Positions 40,722-57,167 of a stretch of 64,000 nucleotides of DNA are shown piece after piece (within the stretch, counting starts at the first letter, position 1; every line of letters starts with the position of its first letter). The translations under genes and the position numbers were made by a program. A model generated the notes under the pieces. The model worked only from the letters and a program-made list of their open reading frames with translations. It made no database searches and was not told the origin of the DNA. Source of the DNA: Adineta vaga (lineage: Eukaryota; Animalia; Rotifera); the NCBI GenBank assembly GCA_021613535.1, contig CP075495.1:5208001-5272000 (forward strand), read 5' to 3'.

Positions 40722-43416
40722 TTAGGATTTTGGAAATAAGTGATCAACATCACGACGTTCCCATATCTAAATATGCATATATATATATATTTATTTAATT
40801 TAGTAAATAAAGAATGATAATTTGTTACTTGTAAATAGGATTCGGATAGTGTAATCATCTGCGGTAATACATCGACAACATGTAAATCCTGCAACTCGTA
40901 CCACGTACCGGAACCCTAGAAGAAGAAATACAAAATCAAAATAGAAAGATTCTTTATCTTTATTAAAATTCTAACAAACCTTATGCAAAATGTGTACACG
41001 ATAGGTGCCTTTCCCTACAAATCAAAATTTTGAAATAAACAACAACATAAAATGTCTATATTTTACCTGGTTCACCATCGTGAACAATATTTGAAATGAG
41101 ATCATATGTTGTCGATGGATTTTCTAGGAGAGCTGATGGTTCAATACGATATTCAGGTAATAATTCACGAAGGTCAACGTTCCTAAAATAATTCATAGAA
41201 AAATTTTTACTTGTTTTTAAACATTTACGTATTCAAATTTTATTTACTCTTGACTAGTACCTATTTTTATAGATTAAATGAATAGTCATCTTCTTATATA
41301 TAGATACAAGATTTACCAGGCCTCACTATAAAATGTTTAATGTAGTTTATAATTAACTTTGAATAGTTCATTAGGAACTATAAATACATAGGAATGAACT
41401 TTTCCATAATTATCTTCTATTGTCTAATGATCCGAGGCTATTCATTAACTATGTATGAATTTTCTCAAGGATGAAATTTAATTCCTCTAGTAAGCGTATC
41501 CTTCTCTTAAAAATTGTAAAAGAAAGAGATTAGATTCTACATACTTAATTGGAAAATTGACGATAGTTGGATTTTTCTCCAAATAAAATGTATTCTTTGT
41601 AAAACGCTAAAATGAAAGAAATCATCGTAAAATTTCGTTTTTCAAATATAATTTGTTTTTCTTTTCTTTTACTCGAAAACATAGAATTAAATAAGGTGGT
41701 AATTTTCTAATTTCATAACGTTTAAGAAAATTATCTTTATATGTTTTATGTTCTTGTGCTGTTTGTCCATCAAATTTAGTTAGAATTTGAAAAAGTGGTA
41801 CTTGTGGAATAATACTCTCTTTGAATTCATCACGAAATAATGGTGGAGGTGGTAAATCAACTGATAAGAATAGATATGGAATTTCTTCATCCGTTTCTAT
41901 ACAAAAATGAAATAAAAAATGTGAAATTATTCATTAGAAGAAATATTCTTACCATGATATTCTTCAGTTGCTAATAATTTTCGTTTTTCATCTTCACTCT
42001 AATTGCAAAGAAAAAGAAAGTTTCAAGAAATTAATTTCAAGAATTAATATTTACCATATCAATGGGAGGAATTTTTCGAGTATAAACTTTCATTTTTCCT
42101 TGAAAAGCTTTATAAATAATGCTACTATTTGCATTCTTTGTACCATTTAATGTTAAATGAAGACTATTGAGGAACCATGCAAAAAATTCTACTGGATCAC
42201 CTTGTTTTGTTATTTGAAAGCGTTTTTTACTACATTTAACAACTGCTTGTAACATTTCATGTGGTGATACATGAGCTTTAAAATTTCTTGGATTCCATAA
42301 TTTACGCACTAATTCACCGAAACGTTTAACAAGATTGACCATTATATCACCAGGTGCGACACGTATATCAGCATAATTATCTTCTTGAAGAAAATAATCA
42401 CGTAATGGACCAACATTGATCAAAGCCTAAAATTAAAAATCATTAGAAAATGAGTGTTCAATATGAAGAAAACAAAACGAATTCACTTGTAGAATAACAT
42501 TGCAGTAATCATTTGCTTTAATATTATTCAAACCAACAATACCTAAAATGAAGAAAAAAAAGAACCAATGATGAATTAAATTACAGCTTGTTGTCATTTG
42601 ATTTGAAAGAATTATTTTATTTTGAGAATTTTAAACACAACTTACCGGGTAAATATAAAGTTCCATCATAAGCACGAACCATTTTTTCATTTTTATCTAA
42701 ATTTTCTATTTGTTCTTTTGAATATGTTGGATTTAATACATACTAAATATATCAATGTAATAAATCATAGATATTTTCTTTTCTCTTACTTTAATATCAT
42801 CCAATGATGAATCAATAATTTCATAATTATCTGGTAGACAAAAGAATTGTAACGAATGTAGATTGATGTAAACATGATGTTCTGCTTCGACACTGTGTGT
42901 ATAAGCACAAGATTTTTGTCCACGACCTAGAAAATTGTTGAAGAGTTTATTTTTATAATAGAATTATTCAGTAACAAACCTTGAAAATATTTGCCGCATA
43001 CTAAACAAGCATAAACATTGTTATTTGAGAGTGTAACTGAACAGAGTTTTTCAAAATCAAAATCCAAAACACTCCTAAAACGAAGATAATAAGTTTTATA
43101 ATGAAAATTATTTGAATTTCGAAATGGAAAATATATCATACCGATTAATAGTATCTAAATACGGACAATTTCGACTACGATTGTCGATAGTTGTTTGTTC
43201 TGCTTTAACACTTGTATGTATCAATTCTCGAAGTGTTGTACCGACAACAGGAACACCTTTTAATTAGAAGAAAAGATTCCATTTCATACTCGACAACATA
43301 TATTGATATTAACCTTTTTTCTTCTTTGCTACCGGTTGATATCCCGCATTATTTGTTGTTGGATTCGAATCATACGGTCGTTTAATACCTTGGATTTGTT
43401 TAATATCATCATTCAT
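40722..43416 (-). CDS. USP39: U4/U6.U5 tri-snRNP-associated protein 2 (USP39/Sad1); multi-exon
   Basis: CPYLDTINRSVLDFDFEKLCSVTLSNNNVYACLVCGKYFQG, GIVGLNNIKANDYCNVILQAL, WNPRNFKAHVSPHEMLQAV, ELQDLHVVDVLPQMITLSESYLQIWER. Confidence 0.95.
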
Positions 43417-43609
43417 CTAAAAATGTTGTATGAGAATTATTGATTTGTGCTAGTAAAATTTATAATGTTTATTTTATTGTTGTTGCAGAAAATGAAGAAC
43501 AACAGGCGAAAAGAAAGAAAGAAGAGATAACACTTGAATAATTAAAAAAAAGAATTTGTTTTATGTTTTTTTTGTGATAAAAGTTCTTCTAAGATTAAGT
43601 ATTATATAT

Positions 43610-45607
<1,998 letters not shown>

Positions 45608-45846
45608 AGTTCACGAATAATTTCAATAATTTATCTAGAGTGGAAAGAAAAAATAGATTAACAACATCGATCAAACAGAACACTAATATAAATAGAGAAT
45701 TTATTTCCTTTTCAAGTTCAGCTTGTCATGCTAAGGAAGAAACGATCACACGTATACAATACAGATATGAACAGCAGGAAAGAGAAAAAAAATGAACTAG
45801 TTGATAATGTGTTTAGATCTGTTTAACGAATTGTTTTCCTTTTGAT

Positions 45847-46589
45847 TTAATCAACATGAGTAACAGGTGATATATGAGGTATAACATGACGGATATGATC
45901 TCCATTGTCGGCTGTTTCATGTGTTGATGTTCCTGAAGGTAAAGAATCGATACGTGATGGTCGTCGATGTTCCATATCATGTTCGACAGCTTCTTCCCAT
46001 GATTCATGTTTTACACCTTCAGCTAGATGAAGAAGTTTTATATGAACAGCCATGATTTTTTCATTCTTTGGTGGCATTAACATTTTTTTAAATGAAACAA
46101 AATCGCCTTTTTTCGGTACATAATCATCATCAACACTAAATTGATTGGGGAAAAAAATAGAATGAATGATTGACAAAAAAATCTTTTACTCGGAAACATG
46201 TGCAAATATCAATTGATTTGTATTGTCTTTTGTACGAATATAACCATGACCTTTCTCACGACAAAATTCTTCAATTATACCTTCGTAAGATGGACTTTGT
46301 AATGCACGTTCACATCTAAATAATTCATATTCAATATTTAGTATAATCTCATTAAACTAGAGTATAAGCGGATTTTCACGCCATTATTTCATATTTTCCT
46401 GTAATATAAAAGTCGCACAATAGGAAATGGCTGTTTTAGATCTTTTCCGATGTGATTAATTAATAAACATTTTTGGTGTGTAGTAAGAACTTACTGTGAA
46501 AGTGTTCGTTCTCGTCGTGGAATAATTGGATGCGGTAGATGATCGCTCAAACGAGGTGAATGTGAAACTCCTGATGGTGAATGAGACAT
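45847..46589 (-). CDS. CARHSP1: Cold-shock domain protein CARHSP1/CSDC2 family; 3 exons
   Basis: LPHPIIPRRERTLSQ, GIIEEFCREKGHGYI..IFAHVSD-VDDDYVPKKGDFVSF..PPKNEKIMAVHIKLLHL..HESW. Confidence 0.85.
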
Positions 46590-46922
46590 TGATAATTATG
46601 ATAGAAGATGAAGAAAACGTGATCTGAAATAAACATACAGGTTAATTAAAATCTATTTACAACAACAAAAAAAGATATCTAGAAAAGCTTTTTTTATTTT
46701 AAATCTTAGTTTTGTTAATTTATCACAATCAGACATTGACGATATCAATTATTGATATTAAAATTCACCAACACATTCTCTTGATTACTCTAAATCTTCA
46801 ATTAAAAGAAGTTAGATCATCTACAAAAGAATACATTGTATTGGTTAATATTTTCTTTTTAATACAGAAGAAAAAAAACGTTATTTAGAGTTGTAACGAA
46901 GAATAATTGCGTATTTTTTTTC

Positions 46923-47681
46923 TTACCTAATCAGATTTCTCCACTTCTGTTGCCGATAGAGATTGTGTTCCTGCTGACATATTCGCGACTGCTTCATCTT
47001 CCATTGCTCTGTGCTTTCAGAATCCATCTGATCTTGTGGTAATAGAGCAGAAAGATATGGTAATGGAGAAGTTGTATTCTTAATGAGATAATAATCATTT
47101 ATATTCGTTCCGTGATTGTTGACAACAGAGATTTTTTCATTTGTTTGTAGTTTAAATTTAACTAATGAACGTTGTAGTGCTCGACGTTGATCGGCTAATA
47201 ATTGTCGAACACGTGGATAATCTTTTCGTAGATCAGCATATGTTTCACTAGATATAAATGTATGTGGATCAGGAAATTCTGGAAGAAAATCAGGAATATA
47301 AATTGGTCGATGTTTACGTGAGGAAGTATTATTAGTTGTATGTGTTACACGAAATAATTTTGTTGGATTCGTTTCTGTTTGACGATCTGGTGAACGAAGA
47401 CGATGTTTAATTGGTTGATTAAATGTCTGTTGTAATAAGGATGATTTCACATTCATCATTTGTAATGAACGTGCTATATCAGATGGACATGGTTCTGTAC
47501 GTGATTGAACTTCCATAAAATTTTTAACATTGAGTAATAAACGGCGAAGTATTGTATTCGATATATCAAGAAATTGATGATAAGCTGAAAGTTCAATATT
47601 ATCAAAACCATATTCACGAATAATAACTGCTAATGAACGTTCGAAAAGAACATCATATGGACTATCAGAATTTGCATCCAT
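46923..47681 (-). CDS. TAF8: TFIID subunit 8
   Basis: N-terminal histone fold (GFDNIE..QSRTEPCPSDIARSL) and TAF8 C-domain IYIPDFLPEFPDPHTF..RQLLADQRRALQRSLVKF. The 3' end is uncertain because the stop overlaps AG/GTAAG. Confidence 0.85.
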   Translation of the reverse strand: MDANSDSPYDVLFERSLAVIIREYGFDNIELSAYHQFLDISNTILRRLLLNVKNFMEVQSRTEPCPSDIARSLQMMNVKSSLLQQTFNQPIKHRLRSPDRQTETNPTKLFRVTHTTNNTSSRKHRPIYIPDFLPEFPDPHTFISSETYADLRKDYPRVRQLLADQRRALQRSLVKFKLQTNEKISVVNNHGTNINDYYLIKNTTSPLPYLSALLPQDQMDSESTEQWKMKQSRICQQEHNLYRQQKWRNLIR

Positions 47682-48485
47682 CGTTTGAATAGAATATACG
47701 AAGAACAAAAATAATGTATAGTATAATTTCTCTATTTGCGAAATAATGACGATGAATAAAATGAATGAATGGAATAAGTAGACAAGAAAGAAAACGACCA
47801 ATCAGAATTATTGGTAATTTCTTTCATCTAACAACTAGTGACATCATTGGCGTGTTAGATGAGTATTCAAATTTACAAACATGACATTAATTTATGCGTC
47901 AGAACAACAGTTTTTGTCTGATAAAGAGTGAAAAGATTATTTTGTCAGTCTGTTTACGTATAGTTTGTATAAATAAATGAATAAATTTAAATGAATTTGG
48001 AAAGTTACTACATGGATTATTTATTCGTATATATGAGAAACTAAACGATGATTGTCATAAAAAAAGAAAGTTGTCGACATGTTCTATGATCCTAGTAGTG
48101 CAGAACTATGACACTTCTATTTTCTATCGGATTGACAAGAAAATATTGAAGACATTATCGTTTATTTTATTGCCTGCGACACTCTTGTGTATAAAATTCT
48201 ATCGACAAACAAATGACACTTTAGTAATAATAGAACTCAATACAAAATATCTAATGGATTCTATTACTGAATCATCAACGAAGGAAAAAAATATACAAGA
48301 TATCCATGAGAAGAAGCAAGATTTATTTTTCATACAAATTAACAACATTGATTTTTTTGTAACGTACATTGAATATATCACGAATGAATAATGTTTTTTC
48401 TTTGCATTTCTTTTCTTCTTCTATCTCTCTCTTTAAAAGCAAATTGAATTGAACTCGAAAGAAATAAGGATTATTATAATTGTTT

Positions 48486-49794
48486 TTATTCCACAATTTT
48501 ATGTATTGTTTCATGTTTCAATTGTTTACGATGTGATGATTGTTTTGTATTTGATGAAAAAACAGATTTACGTTTTATTGTACTTGATAATGAGGAATCA
48601 TTTGTATTGGAAAGTAATTTATCTGGATGATTATCCTGTTGTGGTGTTAAGATGGTATCAATTGACAATGATTCTTCACTCGTTGTCACTGATGGTGATG
48701 TTTCTATGAATGAAGATTTTTCTGCGAGAACATTTGTCGATTGTTGAACGAGACCTAATGAATTGAATAATTGCTTTTCTTTTCCAAATGATAGTGTTGT
48801 TTGAGTTTCATGAGGAAGTTTTGATGGATTATTTGGTATGATTGGGGATGTCGGTGAAGATGGAGATGTTTGTCGAGAGTTTGCAGTAGGACTATCAAGA
48901 TCGTAAGGACGGAATAGTTTTAATTTCGGCTTAGAAGGTTGTAATGTTGACTGCAAAAGAAATCATTGATTCAAAATTAATTATTTTATTATTCAACAAA
49001 ACTTACTTCAACTTTTTCATCGGTCTGGTCTTGTGTTGGGACACTATTGTAACAAGATTAATTTTGTTTTAATAATAAAAATCATAATTAGCCTTACCGT
49101 GTTATGCTATCAGTTGTTTTGATATTCGGAAATAGTAAGGATGATGATGGTAATGGCATTCTTGGTTGTTGTTGTTGTTGTTGTTGTGTAAGTGATTGAA
49201 AATATACAGATGGATGTAAAGGACCTGATAAATGTGGTATCATAAAACGATACGGATCAGAACCATCGACACGTCTATTGTTACAACGAACAAAACAAAA
49301 TCAACAATCAATTGAATGATTTTTTATTTCTCATTACCGATTGAATCCAGACAAATTAGTATTAAAACCATCAGATCCAGGATAATTTCGAAGATAATTT
49401 CGTCGCATATCTTCTCTTCGTTCAGCCTAAAATCAATTGATTTTCATCTATTTCATGAAAAGAAAAGAAAACCTATACTTCTTGGATATATTGTGTATAT
49501 AAGCGTAAAGCTTGTTCTGATGACATTGAATTATTTACATGAGATGAATTGATTCGATTAGGAGAATCTTGAGATAATTGAATAACATTTGAATTTTCAC
49601 TACGATTTCCATCTAATCATTATGACAATAAATAAATTATCAAAACTAAAAAGAAAATCATAAGATTTACTAGTTTTATTCTTTTCTTCCACATGTTCAG
49701 CTAATCGTCGAAGTGCATCAGCAAAACTATTTGTAGATGCTGATTTAATCCCAATAAAAGATGGATTTGAGGATGCTGACCAACCGAATGACAT
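48486..49794 (-). CDS. Disordered Ser/Pro/Gln-rich protein with a GSE1-like N-terminal motif; multi-exon
   Basis: SFADALRRLAEHVEE resembles the GSE1 SFAAALRKLAKQAEE motif as recalled. It also has a poly-Q stretch and a KLFRPYDL motif, and several short GT-AG introns connect the fragments. Confidence 0.45.
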
Positions 49795-51751
49795 CTAGAA
49801 AGAAAAAACAGCTGATTATTCGTCTGGACATAAAGTACACTTGTTCTCAGTGAATACCTAACACTTCTCTTGGGTATATATTAGTGATATATAGTATTCT
49901 ACGTCAAGATTAAATGTCGGACGGATACATGTGTTAATGAGCATAAGAGGTGAATAGGAAAAAGGGTATCACGACATTCAAGTTCTGTTAGTCGATAGGA
50001 AGGTTTCTCTAATGTATATACATCCATCTTAGCACCTATTCTTTATATCATAGTATAATATCAAGAAAAAGACAGAATATAAAAAAGAGAGGAATGATGT
50101 GTGTTGTTCTTTTTCTTAGACATCAAATAATGAGTTTTAAATTTTAGAATTAAATTATTCATGTATAATCTCCAGAATCAAAATACAAAAAAATAATTTT
50201 TTTTCTTAGTATAACTAAATTCAAAAAATTGACAATATCACCACATATAGTAGATACATGTCATCATAATCGATTAAAAGTATAATGTGGCAAGTGTGGC
50301 ATTCTGTTGATTTTTGCCATCTTGTCGATATATGTGCTATCACCGATCACACATACTGACCGTACCGTGTATCGATTAGACGGATAGAAGGCGACAGAGG
50401 CAAGAATCGAGAACAAGGAGGAGGTGGAAGGAAAGCGAATGCAGTCAAAAGCTAGTTGTATACACATCGAAGACGAAAAAAAAACGTACAAGTCGAGAAC
50501 CCTAAAATTGTTTCAAGACAATCTACGCATCACACCTGGTATAGACAGAATACAAGAGAACTAAATATGATTGATCCTAATGTTCTATGGCGAATGCTAG
50601 TTACTTGTATTTAAGCAGTAGTTATTCTATTGAACAGATATACTTATGTTTTCTCTTGTATGGGTATGAAACGGAAATAGCCATCTTCCTCTGTAAAACG
50701 CCTTTTCAAGTGTCTTTCTCCACTTGATAAGAAAACGCAAGTATGTGTTCATTGCCGAAACGATTTAACGCATCATCAATATTTCATGCACATGTACACA
50801 TACAAGTAAAAGAACGAGAGCAATCAACGCCCCTTTTTCTTGCTTCATCGTCTGCTTTTTTCCCGACCCACTCACTCGTTCATTTATTCTCTTTTACTGT
50901 CGCCAATCAATCGATGTTACAAAAGACACAGACAGTCAGACAGAAGATCGAGATCGAGTAAGTTGATTAAATAAGAAGCAAGAAAAAAATTAGTCTGAAA
51001 GAAATGATTGCGAAAGAGGGAGAGAGAGAGAATAAGTGTTAACATGCTACAAGTATTAGATAGTCTTCTGATAGAATGAATGAATGAATGCGAACTACTA
51101 GACAATGACATTATAATTTTCTGAAACGTTGAACTTTCAAATATGACATATGATTGAAAGAATGCGCAAAAAAATGAATTAGCATTGTCTTGATCAATTG
51201 AGGAAAAAAGAGACAGATTGCACTATTGTATTCACTTTTTGATGTCAAATGATCGATTAAAATCAATTGATGTACTTATTCTGTTGTCAATGAAAAAGTC
51301 TAGAAGAATGAATAATGAAATGACTTATTTATGCTCAGAAAATATTCTTCATAATTCTTTCGTAATCATTCTATTTCAAGGATAATAAACGATCGTTTAA
51401 AATTGTCATATTTATTTTTGACTTGTTGATACGATTTGAAATTATATGAAGAAAAAAACGATCAAGTTTTATAATTCTTCAACTATTGTAATTTAATAGT
51501 TAGAGTAATTACGATTCTTGAATATGAAATGGGAAAATAGCGATTTACAAACATTATGATGTAAATAAATTGAATTCTTAATTCGTGATATTTAACTCTT
51601 AGATGGAGTTACTATAAACTCCATCAAAATGATGATTGATCCTTAGCAACATACATTTAACTATGAAAATGGCCGAATGAAAACAACTGCAAATAAGAGA
51701 AAAAAATATTTTTGAATTGTATTTTTTTATTATTTGAATAAATTCTAAGAA

Positions 51752-52379
51752 ATGGCAGATCGTACAAGAGTACCAAATATGCTTGATAGTTTTATGTATT
51801 ATCAAAAAAATCCAATACCACCATTTCCCGGTAGACTTTAACTCATAAAATAGTCTTTGAATTCATTACTCACATACTATCGTAGGTTATGGAGTACCAC
51901 CTACTTATCTTCCTAATCAAACCAATGGTCAACCATATATTGCACAAGTTGGACTTGATCCTTGGTAATTCTATAAACACATACATCATGTTTAACTTAC
52001 TATTACGTTTTTTTTTCTTCTTCTAGGCCAGTTAATGTACCTGCTTATCCACAAGAATATGAAACACATTTTCCACTCGGTTAGATAATGAAGTAGTGAT
52101 TTGTCTTTTTTGTATTCTTAATATTGTTTCATAGGTACTGATTATTGGAATACACCAGAATATAAACTCACTCCACAGAATTACAATCCAACTGAACCAA
52201 CATTAATCATACGTGAAAATCGTGCAAAACCCGGTGTAAAACTTTCTTATACTGGAAAAGGAGCTGAAAGTGATCCACGTGTATTTCATGCTGGTTATGG
52301 TACATCATCAGATGTTCCTACTCGACCATACTATGCTCAACCATGGTTGATCGATGAAATTCGAAAAGTTAAACAATAA
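51752..52379 (+). CDS. Unannotated 151-aa Pro/Tyr-rich protein; exons 51752-51830, 51886-51964, 52027-52079, 52135-52379
   Basis: Three canonical 55-62 nt introns join the exons into one open 152-codon frame, MADRTRVPNMLDSFMYYQKNPIPPFPGYGVPPTYLP..AQPWLIDEIRKVKQ*. An AATAAA overlaps the stop. Confidence 0.75.
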
Positions 52380-52498
52380 AATTCAACAGATTAAAACATT
52401 ATTTTTTTTTCACATAAAGAATAACATTCACTCATAAACACATACATAATGACAGACAGACAAAAAAAAACATAAGAATTCAATCATCAATTATATAT

Positions 52499-54521
<2,023 letters not shown>

Positions 54522-54742
54522 GATAAACACAATAGACGAAACGAAAACTTCCGATGAGATGTGATTTGATTAAACTAGTGTTTTTTGTCGAGATTTAAAT
54601 GTAATTCACTTAATGTTTTCGCGCGCCTTTTCTTACTTGGTTTTACAAGCATCCATGATTAATGAGATCAATTCAAATAATAAACAATTATTTTGTATTT
54701 ATTTGAAAAGGAACGTAAACAAGAAATACAAAAAAAACTTTC

Positions 54743-56486
54743 CTAAGGATTTGCGTGATTATTTTTAAGCCATATATGTAAAGCACGTTGACTATTCCAC
54801 GAAGAAATAGGTCGATTTAAATAAGTTAATGATTGTATAAATTCATCTCGATTAATTGTTAAAAATTGTGCATATTCAAATGTAACACTAGTTAGATCTT
54901 TCAATTGTTCAAGAATATATTTAATATCATCGAGATTTTTGACACGAATTTGTAAATGTTTGATATTTGATGATATCATTGAACAAATTGTTTCCATTCG
55001 TGTCATGAAATTATCTGGAGCCCAAAAATCATACAATAATAACGAACGAAGATTAGATGCTTGTTTAAATAATAAAATAATATTTGAAACCATATAAGTT
55101 GTATGTTCAGAAAGAAAATTTATTGATAAAGAAAGCTTTTGAATACGTGATAGATCAAGAATTGTGGAAAGAAAACGTAGAGATCCTTTAGGCCAGTCAC
55201 CATCGCTCGTAAGAGTTAGATTAATAACATTACGAAATAGAAAACCATTGGATGACATATTCTAAATATAGTATGAAGTTTAGACAAAATTATAATACAA
55301 TCTCCAATACCTTTTCTAATGCAAAACTATTCACATCTTTTGTCAGTTGTAATTCTAAATGTTGCACATAATCCATATCAATTTGATTGAATCTTGTAGT
55401 AAAATTAGATATAGACAATTTTTTTGAATCGACATCATAGACGAAATGTGTCTTACATATTGGCAAAGTATATAATATAATTTTACGAGAATTAGCAATA
55501 TAATCACAAATAACTGAACATTTCATTTTATCAAGCCAAAAAGGTGCTTGAAATGATTGCATGAGAATTTCAATATTTCTCGAAAGATAATTACTATATG
55601 TTATAATAATAAAGAAAAATTCGAATTTTTCAAGTCGATGAAGTCTTGTTTGAATTAATCTTTCCCATTGATAACCATCAAATGATGAATTAAATAAATT
55701 ACCTTCACCAATAATTTTTAAATAGGTTAGACAAGGTGTTAATGAAAGACATTGTGCAATTCTATTTATTACAATATGACCATTTTCGAATGTTAATGAT
55801 GTTAATTGTTTAAATGGTGATGTATATTGATATTCTTCACTATCATCGGTATGAACTTCTTTTAAAACAAGTGTTCGTAAACCAAGATAGTGTTGTAATA
55901 CGAGACAAAACTGTTTGAATGTGATACTGTTAACCAATCGAAGATAACGTAATGTCCAATTAATCGACCATGACATATCATGCCATTCTCTATCACCTAT
56001 ACTGAGATATAAATTTTTCAAACTAGGATAAACGATAACTGATGAAAGATGTGTTGAAGTTGTATTTTGTGAAATATTTATCATCGGAATGCTAATTGAA
56101 AGTGATTTTAATGAAGAAATCATAACATATTTTAAAAAAATATCTAAATTTTCATCATCAATTTCTAGAAGTGTTAAAGATTGAAGTCGAGAAAATTGTT
56201 TAATATCACATAATGAAACAAATAATGCAATTTGATCTCGTGTTTTATCTTCATCTGATAATGTTAATGTAATGACATTTTCATATGGTATAAGTCGACA
56301 AATAATATGAAATAATGATTTTGAAATCGATTTGAAATTAAAATTATAACGATCATAAGAATTAGTTGTTAAATACAATTGTTTACAAACATAACGAATT
56401 GAAAATATTATCGTTTGTATATCAAGATGATCAAATATGCGATAGAGTATTTCGACAGGTAATGTTTCGAATATTGAAGTAGACAT
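54743..56486 (-). CDS. F-box / LRR-like protein (lineage-expanded family); 2 exons
   Basis: F-box FETLPVEILYRIFDHLD..SIRYVCKQL, WERLIQTRLHRLEKFEF and FQAPFW; same architecture and late intron as 17878-19712. Confidence 0.8.
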
Positions 56487-57167
56487 TATCAATGAGATAG
56501 AGATTTCTTTAAAATCTTGTAAATATCGAATCTAAATTAGAAAAAGACGCTAAATAGACATTGTTATCCAAAGGATAGAAACTTTACTAGTTGAATTGAT
56601 GAATGAATTCGAAAGCTTCGATTTGTAGGCTTATACTATTCTTTATTGATGACCATAATACATCTTCAATAAAAATATAAAATGATTTGGATAACATTCA
56701 ATATTTAAAATCCTGAAAGAATGTATTATTTCCTTTTTCAATGCTGAAAGTGTTAGATCAATATGACTTCTTTCTCTGTTTATAATCTAATTGAGCGCAA
56801 GAAGTAGTTTGAAATGTCCGAAGACACATACAGTTCGATAATCAGATGATGTGAATACCGAATCTCTCACTAGCAAATGATATGACATTATGTATTTCAA
56901 TGAAACAACAACAAGTAAATATTATCAATTCGCATGACTATTTTTAATAAACCGATATTTAAATAAGATGTACACATGTGTATAGATATATATATATAAA
57001 AAAAGAAAAGAAAAATCAGAAGAATAGGATAGAAGATGTACGCACAAATTGTAAAAGAAACAAACACAACACAACGCAAATATCTAACATGTAGAAATGA
57101 GTATTATCATATAGAAATGAGTAAAAGTAAAAGACAAAGATGAATTCCATTTATCTGACAACAATAT

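Noticed and set aside
41274-41448. Imperfect 13-14 nt inverted repeat inside the unusually long (~360 nt) USP39 intron (possible MITE relic)
   Set aside because: Short, AT-rich, imperfect, with no clear target-site duplication and no second copy in the window.
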